Shown: piece by piece, positions 51,619-64,000 of the stretch
Layout of the letters: each line of letters begins with the position of its first letter
How positions within the stretch are numbered: position 1 is the stretch's first letter
Source of the DNA: Bigelowiella natans CCMP2755
Lineage: Eukaryota; Protista; Cercozoa
Direction: 5' to 3'
DNA length: 64,000 nt
NCBI GenBank assembly: GCA_000320545.1
Contig: ADNK01002633.1
Location: 1-64,000, forward strand
Position numbers and translations under genes: made by a program
The notes under the pieces: generated by a model
What the model was told of the DNA's origin: nothing
What the model saw: only the letters and a program-made list of their open reading frames with translations
The model's database searches: none

Positions 51619-53101
51619 TATAGCAGTTTTGCAGCAATTGTATATGCTGGTTGCTACTTATTTTGCAACGGTTTTATTCTGTATTCGAAGCTAATTTTAT
51701 TTAATTTCTGCTCGCACCCTTCTCAATCACTTCAACTCTATGATGGCACAGGTGCGAGCTGCCGCCGAGCTACAAGTAGAAGAGGTACTATCGTTGTGCA
51801 ATGCTAGCATGGTCTAAAAAGTGAAAGCGGCGGGGGGGGATTAATTAGACATATTCCAGTAGCAAAAAAGTAAAGGAGAAGCGTTTAAATGGTGCGACAT
51901 TTGCTGTTTTTGCATTTTCTGTTTTTGACGATGATATCATCGTTTTTCCACTAAAGTTTAAGGACTTTGGACCCGTGGCACCTCTTTCCGAAGAGGATCA
52001 GCAAAGAAATGATAAAAGGTGGTTAAATCATCCATATTCCTCCTCCTACCCCGCCTCCCCTTTGCGGAGCCGTAAATAGTGATAGATGTTGTAGTCAAGA
52101 AATGACTCGATGAACATTCGGTGTAGGTTTTTGCTGGATTTCGTTCTCGAATGCAAAGACAATTCTGAGTACTGCCCGATCACGCTGGGAGCTCCTGTTT
52201 GTCGCGACAAGGTGCTGTGGCGAAAGCTAACGGGGAGGCTTTACATATACAGCAAGAGATGTTTGTTTGTAAAAGAGCTAGCTCTAGATGGGAAAACAGC
52301 CTTGCGAGTGCAAACGATCCTGCGCGCTGCGTCTGGCATTATTCTCTGTAGCATTGAGTTGTCCCCTTTTGCTCAGGTTGTTGGCGGTATTTGCATGGGC
52401 TGTTTGACGAAAGTCTTCGGCGGAAAGACTCTCTCACAGGTATTTCCATATTATTATTACGATGCATGTTAATGCACACGAAGGGGTTATTCTGGATTTT
52501 GAAAATTAGCCCCTGTGTTCATCTTATGTTTGTGTGTGTACATGCTCGCCATCTTCATCTTGAATACGCACGCATTATTTGACCCGGTCTTTTCCGCCCA
52601 GAAAATCATGGAAGAACAAGAAGAAAAGGCAGCTGAGCGCCGGAAGGCGGCAGCAAGATACGCCAAGTTGCACGAGCACTTGCACCATCTGGAAGAGAGA
52701 AATTTTGTTTGCAAAGGTACGTAAGCAGCAGGGAGGGGTCGTGGTACTGTCTTTTTTTTCAACCCCGGGGGGGGGGGGGGGGGGGGCTTTGGGCATACAA
52801 CTTGATTCTCTGGTTTTTTTTACAATTATCTTGAAAGAAGCTGTTGACATGACAACTGACTGTCGCGATAGGAAACGTACTGCTGAGAAGGTGGTTCACC
52901 AACGCTTTCATCAGCGCCGTTAAAGAAGCAAATGCGAAAGAGGAAAAGGAAAAGGAAGAAGGCGAAAAGGAAGAAAAGGAAGAAGGCGAAAGGCAAGAAA
53001 GCGACGAGAAGGGCGGGGATCGGAAGGAAGATGGCGAGGGCGAAAAAAAGGAAGAAAAAGAGGTTGCTCGTGATGATGCGCCTGAAGAAATCAAAGCATG
53101 A
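34280..53101 (+). CDS. Giant multidomain protein: Tudor-like N-terminal segment, coiled coil, RGS-like domains, many PPR repeats, duplicated Cys motif, acidic/coiled-coil C-terminus
   Basis: Large exons ~40203-43317, ~43540-43823, ~44053-47287 and ~47497-48354, plus many small phase-compatible exons. RGS pattern: GRDFREF..FEFWLSVE..IWANYF..FFADAQ..MESFTRF (~40790-41145). PPR units: RNEVMRAYAEPG..MEEQDLTPDQHTFNAVLKAY, WYNAIVRGHCDARNPEEALVWMFKM, FNELVRACARAGDSKAAFALVETMKGRSITPNAETYHYLL. Last exon GNVLLRRWF..EEIKA* ends at 53101. The 5' chain 34280-37230 (including LRVDYEDGSEETLPWP at 36501-36558) needs one GC donor and could be a separate gene. Confidence 0.75.
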
Positions 53102-53199
53102 TAAGCGGGAAAAGAGGTTTGCTTCTACAAATATACAGTGCATTAAGGCAGCCGATATTGTGTCTGAACGTAATAATGGAGGCGATGAATAAGATTGTG

Positions 53200-54105
53200 C
53201 AATCAGGCACACATGCCATGCCTACATGTGCATTTAAGCGATGAATACATGCATGGCATCACCTGTGCGATGCTGTGCACTGATGCTAAGCATGGGTGCG
53301 ATAAGCTGCAAAGGCATTTGATACGATTGTCGGCTACTTGCCAAGATCAGCATGTAGTTGGGCGGGAAAAGATGAAAGTCGAGATATATGTCGCGATGTA
53401 TTGTTGATTCCACATGAGCGCTTGGCTGCAAAAACACGCTTTCAAATATTTATCGATCGCACAGGGCGGGCTCGGAGCCCTGTCAATGGCCCTCGAAACG
53501 TCATCAGTTTGAACAACAAGCATGATGCATGTATAATAGTATAAAGTCGAGGTGGCTTCAGTGCGTCATCTGTAGATCTCAACAGTACGATGATGTACGT
53601 AGCGAGTGTTGCGGGCCTGCGATGCAAATGCACATGCATTGTGTCATACAACATTACATGATGCAAGCAACACAACTCCAATCACAATGCACAGCATGGC
53701 TTCTGGAACAATTCCTGACTTTTTTTTGTTTTTCACTATCTCCCACACATTGTCATTTGTCATCATCCACGTGCTGATTTTGGGCAACTGGGCTGTCGTC
53801 AGAACAGCTGACACGTGTAATTCAAAGTGGATATAATTGATCACTTGATTTTGTTCTATGGTCGTTCTCATGTAGCTGTGCAAAGCAGCGGCTGGCTGCA
53901 GCGCCAATGTCAAATCTGTCAGCTGGAAAGGCTGCCTGCACATGCATGCTAGCGTGCGCTGCAGGATTAGATTCCTGCTGCTTTACATGAATAGGTTGTG
54001 CGCATTGTACTTGCGCACAAAATCCGTAGCCTTGCGAAACACAAACTCTGCATAGAGAACAACAAGAAGGCACTAAGGGCCGGGTGCTAGCTAGCATCGT
54101 AACAA
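53200..54105. mobile_element. Degenerate repeat island; internally deleted relative of 18650-20050
   Basis: 53562-53640 resembles 18661-18730, 53660-53692 resembles 18918-18945, and 53693-53727 is identical to 19716-19750 (agcatggcttctggaacaattcctgacttttttt). Confidence 0.7.
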
Positions 54106-54163
54106 GGTTATGTTTCATCTTGAATTCCGATCATTCCAGCTTCAACGTCGATCTTCTATCCAT

Positions 54164-55945
<1,782 letters not shown>

Positions 55946-56035
55946 TATTTAGGTTGCTAAGAGGCCAGCCCCTCCCTCTCACACCGAGCCTTGGCACTGA
56001 GGTGCTTCGTCTCTAAGACCTTCCCAGAGTGGCCA

Positions 56036-57319
56036 ATGCAAGATCCTGGGCAGGCAATTGCTAAGAGAATCATCCTCATCTTACTGGCATGCTCCTTCAA
56101 CAGCGTGTTCTTGAAGACCCTCGGCAAGAGAGGGGGACAAACGGCCAGCCCAGCTTCTCCGAGCGGTCAAATACAACGGCAGAACCCTTCTAGCAGCGAC
56201 ATTTTGGACGAGCCAGCCCGCCCCCCCTCGGCCTACGTCCATGCCGACAACGAGCAAGCGGCGGAGAGTGATGGTGCTAGTGATGCAGCTCAACGGATCA
56301 ATGGCGGCCCCACCAACGGAAAAGATGGCTTTTTGGTTTGCTTCAATCATACAGATTGCTGCTCAGACGCGATTGCTCACGGTAGTAGATATGACCTTTC
56401 TGTAAATTGAGTCCAGATTCAATTAGATTTAGATTTAAGCCTGAAGCGACAGGCATGCTGCGTCGTAATCATGCCCATATTCTTCTCAAAGACGTGTCTC
56501 GTGTTTGGTCTATAAAGCTTGCTAAAAAGCATCATCATTTCGCTACCAATCCCCAGGTCACCAATGGAGTGGTAAGCATGAGCTTCCTGCAGCTCTCATT
56601 TCTCCAGAGAAAAGGAGGGGAGGGGAAACATGCAGGTTGCTCTCTGAACACGAACATCCCATACACTGACTGATTGTCTAGGCACTAGTGATATACTGCA
56701 AGCTGGTCACAGCACGACATTTTTCATCATAAGCTGCGCGAGAATGTAGAGAAAATGAATGCTGGGATTCAACCGCTACTGCAGGTTTTTCTGCGACCGG
56801 CAAGGGGGCGGAGATAAGGGTGTCTGCGAGCAGAAATGGCCTGGCTTTTGCCTTCGTGATACGGGTAGATACACACACACACACACACGCCCATTTTTGA
56901 TATGTGTGTTTGGGATAGATGATATAAATATGTAGAGGTGTATAAAATACATACATATATGATTCAAATATTGACAAAGTACACGCACACTCACACGCAC
57001 GAGCAAATCGGATTGCGGCTTACCAGTCGTCATCATAGCCAAAATGCCGCCTCATGTAGTGTTGTGTGCATCTTCCAAAACTCAAACAGTTCTCAAACTA
57101 GCTGAGCGAACAAAGTACCGGAGCTCCTTTCTCTCAGAGTGCTAATATGCTATATTTCATGCAGACTGCGACCTCTCGAGACGTAGTCTTTGGACCCACT
57201 ACATCCCATACGCCTCTCCCTTTCTTCCAACGAATGCACACAGCATTGCACACCCCCCGCACCTTACTCGCCACCGCCGACCTAGTAGCGATGGAGGGGG
57301 GTGGGGGGCTAGTAAAAAA

Positions 57320-57350
<31 letters not shown>

Positions 57351-57623
57351 CAAAGATACCTCCCATACCCCGCCCTTTTAAGAGGATATGTGTTAAGAAC
57401 GACAGTATTGATACAGCAGGGACCTGTAAGGTCATCTTTATATGTTTTTTGCTCTGGTAGTTATCAATAAAGCACAACTTTCACTCTAACCCCCTCCCCC
57501 CCCCCTCTCCCAAAGGTTGATGATGCCTGCCATGGAATCGATTGTGGAACGAACGGATTTTGTATGGCTGGGAGGTGGGTTGATGTGGAGATAGAAAAGC
57601 AAAGAACTCTTAGTGGAGAGGCA

Positions 57624-57665
<42 letters not shown>

Positions 57666-57747
57666 TCTAAAGAGAGAAAGAGGAATAGGTGATAGGCTGA
57701 TAACGGAAAAGCCGTGTGTATCCAATCAAATGCTGACATCGCTCTCT

Positions 57748-57791
<44 letters not shown>

Positions 57792-57915
57792 ATTATCATC
57801 GTATATCGAAGAGGCATTAGCCTATCACGAACGTTTCTCTGTACTACCTCTATATGAACGCACAGATGTTAAGCTACTTGCGCTCTGCTTCGTTTGCTTT
57901 TTGTTATGTACGTAT

Positions 57916-57954
<39 letters not shown>

Positions 57955-59454
57955 TTATTTATACAAATGTTTTTCACACTTAGATGTCGGTGCACGTATC
58001 CTTACCTTGGTTCCCGGTAAGTAAAAAGTCCGATTATATAATTATTATATATTATAATATTTATATAATAAATATAATGAAATATTTAGCTCGCACTTCA
58101 GTATAAGAGCGCATAGAGCGTACCAACTATTTGATGCGTTTGACGACTCGTTTCTTCAAACGATTCACTTAGAAAAAAGCATATTGCTACTGTATTGTAA
58201 TATATATATATATATATATATATATATCATAATGCGATTTAATATTCAGTCAATTTTGTAGTATCTTCACATTCATTGCTAATAAGGCATTCCCCTCCGC
58301 GCCCTTCCCCCCACCTCCTCTGTCTTTCCTTCATCAGGTGCCAAAACGTTGGGGAGAGAAGGGCTTTTGTTACGCTAATATTCGAGAAATCGCCTGTGGA
58401 CATTGTGATGATGTAATAATCCCCCCCCCCCCCCACCCCTCCCCTTCTCTCTTAAACAATCAAAGACGTTATTTATTAACAGATAGCAATGCTGCTGCGA
58501 GGCGGTTGATTCCTTGTGCTTTTAGCATTAATACTAAATCTGATATAAATATTGCATTAGTAATTTATGTTGTACATATTGTTATTTTGATATATATAAA
58601 TAATATTATTCATATATTTACTATCCATCTGTGATATTCGTACTGTATGTGTAGTATACAAATAATATATGAATATATGATAAATGTATATACATACGCA
58701 ACACCCAGGGCCAGGGTATGGGCTCTAATGCTGCGGCGGCATGGTACTTGATGTGCTAACTTCATGATGAATATCAATCAAAACACGAGCCACCTGTCGT
58801 AATGTACTGCTAGATTGCCTGGCAGCTTTGTGCATTTTATCTTCCGCGCTCTTTCGTACAAAGACAACAACCTACACACACACAAACACACACACACACA
58901 CACACACATACACATACACACTCACACACACACTCACAAACACATACACAGGGGCTACAAGTGATTTGATCGCAATAGTGACTTCAGGGGTACGATGACG
59001 CCGCTAATCTACGCATCTAAGACTGACAATCTCTGCCTCACTGCATCCGAGCGAATTTTGCAATAACACAGTGCTCGCTTGAGATGCATTTGGCAGATCC
59101 AAATCAAGCTCAAAATAACGTGCTGCGGCAGCGTCGATGATATATGTGCATTGCATCGTTTGATACGATGAATCGGTGCCGACGAGTCGCTCAGTAATAC
59201 ATCGTTGTAATTGAAGGTCTCAAGCCATTTGAGAGAGATTCTGGAAGATGACGGTGTCATCGTTGTCGAGCTGGACGCTGTGCCCCTCCCCCCATCGTTG
59301 CGATCCAAGGAGGTCTGTCTGCGTGTTTCATTGTGTGGAGCCCATTCGGAATGTTGTATGGTTTCCGCATTAAATGTGGGGGGGGGATAAGGACGCACAC
59401 ACACACACACACACGCACACACACACACACACAAAGAGGGAGAGGGAGAGCGCG

Positions 59455-59491
<37 letters not shown>

Positions 59492-59745
59492 AGGAAAGAT
59501 GCCCGACCCAAAACTGGGTCGAGTATGCGTCACATACACGTAATGTGGCGTTATTGCATACTATTAGGCTATTCGTCGCTGGAATAGCGTCTTCACGAAG
59601 TTGCGAGCTTGGGAATTGGTGCGTAGGCGTATTGTTTATTATTATATAGCACTCAACCCCTGTGATAAATATCCGTGATCTCTCGTTATTTCTCTTGCTT
59701 TACACTTCTAGCTTTCTAAGCCTAAACAGAATCCACACAATCGCT

Positions 59746-59784
<39 letters not shown>

Positions 59785-59911
59785 CTCTTTCTTCCCCCCT
59801 CTCCAATTCTCTCGAGTATCTGTTTTTCTTCTTTTATTTTCTCTCTATCTCTTTCCCTTCCCTCTCTCTTCTCTTCTTTCCGAAAGAATTCTACAAATGC
59901 TAAGTATCAAC

Positions 59912-59955
<44 letters not shown>

Positions 59956-61377
59956 TACTGTATAGTTCTTGCTATGTTATAGTAGCAATGTAGCGTATCA
60001 CTGAGCACGCACGCGCCGGCACAGACCGTTGAATATTGAATATGTATCATCAGGAGCAGTACGATCGAGTCGCCTATATGGATATGGACGTTCTGATCCA
60101 TACAACGGCGGAATCAGCGAAGGAGAAGGAGGAGGGGGTCAGCAGCAAAGGGGCACCTGGCACCGAAGCTATCGAAGGCGTGGATAGTAGAAATGCAAGT
60201 CTCGCTAACGAGCAAGCTCAGGATGATGGTTCATCTGATGACTCTAGCAATCCATCCGCCTATGGAAGAGAGAACAGCGTTAGACACGGAACCTCGATTG
60301 AAGATATATTTCTCTCTTGCTCCGCCGATGTATGCATGGCTAGAGACCTTGCGCATACTGACGAAAGCCCCATGGGCAATGTCGGGGTCATCATTCTCAA
60401 GCCCTCGAGGACACGGCTGCAGCACATGCTGCAGGAGGTGGAGAGCACTCGCGACCATTACAAATACCCGGAGCAAGAATGGCTGACACGGTATATCATT
60501 GACCCCAAGAACAATATGAAGGGAGATGTGCTTCCTCACAACCTGAACACCTGCTCCCCCCCTGACGGCGGCGGCCCCCGCCCCCCCCATCTGAAATGGG
60601 GAAGAGGAGGAGGAGGGAGAGGGGGGGGAGGGGGGAGGAGGACGGGCAGAAATGGCCACATCGGCAGCGGGGGTAGCAATGAGAGGAAGGACCTGAAATC
60701 AACGCGCGACTACGACGATGGTAGCATTCCCTTTGTCACCTCGCATATCACGGTGCACCACTTTTGCGGGCCTGAAAAGCCCCCGCATTTCTTCCTCGAT
60801 GCCAACATCAACTACGAGCAGCAGTTTGCGCTGCGCTCGGCATCCGGTCACGGAGGAGAGGTGAATGCCGTGCAGGACGCAGAAGCTTCGCATCGTGTCC
60901 AGCGGCAAGATAATGGTGGCCTCTTGCGGCTTTACTATGAATGGAACAAGCTCTACGCCTCGATCGGTGCGGTATTGAAGGAACTGGAGGAGCGTGTGCG
61001 AGTTTGTGAGTGCTTGCGCGCGTGTGTGTATGAGTGTGTGTGTGTGTGTGTGTGCGTATTTGTGTGAGACTGGATATTGCTTATGCTTTCTCATATTGTT
61101 GTAAATGCACTCATTTAGACTGTGTAGACTGTATGCGATGCAGTTCCTATGTATTGCTGTTACTGGACGGCCTCCTCTTAGTTTGGCTCTTTTGGATACG
61201 TTCGATCATCTCTTACACTTACAACTAGTTGTTGGTGTTTCCTATGTGCGTTGGTATAAATCAGATGGATGCGTCGTTCATACGGGTGCTAAAGAGGGAG
61301 AAGTGCGTTGTCAAAAGCACCCAGGTAATATTCACTGCGAACGACGCATAAACGTAATTTTTTTTAGTTAATACATG

Positions 61378-61414
<37 letters not shown>

Positions 61415-61690
61415 TATTAATATATTTCATATGAATTCTCTTGCGATTATAGTAGTTGTTCTGTCGCAATATCTTCATTTTTCGGGGTTTTTTGAGTCGC
61501 TTTTGGCTCTGGAAATCCTCCGACTCATCCCTCATTTCGATGCACACAAAGAGTGTTCGTGGGTCGCGGTAGTCCGGGAACTCTCTAGAGCTGCCGGAGA
61601 TCAAATATCGCCAAGAAGAGGAAGCACTCACGCTCACACACACACAGGCACACGGTGATTTCAAACAGCGGCGCAGATGCTTGAATATAC

Positions 61691-61725
<35 letters not shown>

Positions 61726-61730
61726 GTATT

Positions 61731-61772
<42 letters not shown>

Positions 61773-61854
61773 CAATTGTAGCTTTTATTCTATATTATTG
61801 CAAATAGTAAATACACATAATGATACATATAGATGTGCCGATTTTTTGTGTGTC

Positions 61855-61908
<54 letters not shown>

Positions 61909-62103
61909 TTAGTCAGTAACTCTTTCTTCCTCGCAGGCAAAATTAGTTGAGAACACATCCTGGCGGAAAACAGCCCGTGTTTTATCCCAGCCGCTGGAAC
62001 TTCCCGGATTGCGAGGAGAGCCAACGAATTCTCGCAGATCAATGCTTTCAAGTATGTATCAAACCCAGAGAGCAGGGCGAGAGAAATAGTAAAGTAAATC
62101 ATG

Positions 62104-62143
<40 letters not shown>

Positions 62144-64000
62144 GAAGGCGGAAAGGAGGGGGTGGGGAAGTGAAATAGCAAAATTATAAACAAGGCAAAG
62201 GGGTTGGTCGTTGGAATACGAAGCATCTTTTGTAACAGTCAAGCGCGATCAAAATGATGGCAGCTCGCCACTCGATTCCGTATCCCATCTAAATTCCATC
62301 TGATGTCGCATTGTCTTTGTCCAGATTCGATGCATATTGACACGAGGACTCTTGCTTTTCTCGCATCCACCGTGCCCCCCCCGGAGTCGTTCAATCGCAA
62401 GATAAGGCACAAGAGGTTCTCCTCTTCGGTGATTTATCAAATCATCACTGACCGGTTCTACCCGCACCCGGGGAGGGAGAGGGCGGCCGCTTGTGGAAAT
62501 CTTTCAATGGCCTGTGGAGGGACGTTTGCCGGAATCCAGGAGCATATTCACTACCTAGTAGACCTTGGAATCTCATCGGTAGTATGACACGGGGAACGTT
62601 TATTCGAAAGCATGAGATGGCGGCGTGTTAGAAAAGTAAAGCGCAGCAATCGAAGAGAAGAGAAGGGGTTTTTGGTTAGAAGAATATTACTGAGGAGGAA
62701 ATGGTGTATGTGAAACGGTGTGGCGACTAGAGGATTATTGCTTTTTTTGGGATTCTCTCTCTTTCTCCCTCTTTCTTTCTCTATCCTCCCCTCTCTCTCT
62801 CTCTCTCGTTCCTTTCTCTCTCTTTTTATTTTTTTCTCTCGCTATCTCTTCGTGTGCGCGTATTTTAAGGGGCAAGTGGGACGTGCTGGGGACTAGAGGT
62901 TCCAAGCAGTTGTTTCAAGCAGTTTGTTGTTAGGTTTGGATCTCCCCTCATATTGAGAACGTTGATCCAGATATATGCTATCACGGGTGATAAATACCAG
63001 ATCTTCTTGATTCTGTGTTAGGATAACTTAATCCCCGCGGAGATGTCTTTAAGCGTATTGCCTTGTTTGTGTAAGGGGGTGTCCCCAACTGCAAGGAGAA
63101 TTTTTTTAGTTTTTAAATAAATAAATAAACGTCGGTGTTAGAGTCGTACTACTGAGGGATATTTTCCGTTTCACAAATGTTTATGAGGATTTGGCAGTTT
63201 TGTGAGTCGCCAGACCTCCCATTGCTTTCCGATGTCGTAATCCTTTTGGGGCTTTTCACGTAAAGGTACTGCCCGCGCTCCTTGAACCCTCACGATGTGC
63301 GAGAGGGATTTGGAGGATATGACGACTTCATTCTCCTTCGATCACGACTGTCTAAGGCGGGGATTTCCCTGATGGCGGACGTCGTCATCAATCACCTTGG
63401 GCGGCAAAAGGAGGACCTAACACGAGGCGTGCTGAACCTTGACGTATTTAAGAGAGATCCGTCGATTATGACGCACAGCATCGAGCCTCACATTTTCCAC
63501 GATCCAGAGCTGCACGGGTGGTGCTCACCGGAAATGACCCCAACAGAAATGATTGAGTGCTCGCTCTATGGCGCTTTAGACCTCAACCAAACCACAGTCG
63601 CTGTACAGTTTGCCATTTTCCACCTGTTACGCGAAACGATGGAGCCGGAAGCGGCTGCCATCCGCAGTAAGACTGGCGACCACTCTTATGACGCGCTCCG
63701 AATCGATGCCGCGCGCCATGTGGACGTCAAGTTCCTTGCATGGTTGCAGGACGCGTTGAACCTTTTCGGCGTGCAGTCGTACGCGGAGGTTCTGCACGGG
63801 TCGGCACACCTTGTCAGCGGCTACCAGATGGACAACAAGCACGGCCTCTTCAACTTCCCCCTCCACTTCACACTCATCGAGCTGTTTTCCCAAGGCCAGC
63901 ACTTTTGCGGCGGGGGTAGCGGTCCTCCTCACGAGCCGTGCTGGGAGGAGGCATCCTCACCATCGCCTTCGGCGTCGTCGCCATCATCAAGCCCCCACCT
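56036..64000 (+). CDS. Probable type II membrane GT8 (glycogenin-like) glycosyltransferase fused to a GH13 alpha-amylase domain; 3' end outside the window
   Basis: Candidate N-terminal anchor RIILILLACSFNSVFL (start uncertain). GT8 exons: ARVWALMLRRHG, ATSDLIAIVTSG, VSSHLREILEDDGVIVVE, AIRRWNSVFTKLRAWEL (59568-59618), then EQYDRVAYMDMD..NVGVIILKPS..EQEWL..HHFCGPEKP (60054-60966). GH13 exons: IYQIITDRF..GGTFAGIQEHIHYLVDLG (62325-62578), VWISP..YHG (62934-62986), then Y..MADVVINH..DLN..RIDAARH..AEVLHG..FNFPL (63266-end). Confidence 0.8.

Overview
Eukaryotic nuclear DNA with GT-AG introns and dense intronic (TA)n/(CA)n/(GA)n microsatellites. It is protist-like and resembles a chlorarachniophyte or similar secondary alga (inference only). 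I reconstructed nine genes by hand: a multi-FKBP immunophilin (-, runs off the left edge), a Zn(II)2Cys6 transcription factor (+), a secreted NHL-repeat protein (-), an SLC13/SLT-type transporter with TrkA-C domains and an apparent 1-nt frameshift (+), a FET-type RRM/RGG protein with a second glycine-rich-RBP RRM (+), an ABCG half-transporter with a Cys-rich ectodomain (-), a ~19 kb gene combining RGS-like domains, many PPR repeats and a duplicated Cys motif (+), a small unknown gene (-), and a likely GT8 glycosyltransferase/GH13 alpha-amylase fusion (+, runs off the right edge). The most striking non-genic signal is four intergenic islands (~7.4-8.5, 13.7-15.3, 18.35-21.7 and 53.2-54.1 kb). 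TpA is strongly depleted in them except within CTAG (close to zero in the two islands I counted), CpG is kept, and CATG/TGCA/CTAG palindromes and short duplicative insertions accumulate. Three islands share a repeat family, and one holds a mutated copy of an intron/exon junction from the neighbouring ABCG gene. This points to a repeat-targeted mutator (TpA>TpG/CpA plus micro-insertions) opposite in direction to fungal RIP. Most short ORFs in the supplied track are microsatellite or stop-depletion artefacts. Exon boundaries are manual and approximate.
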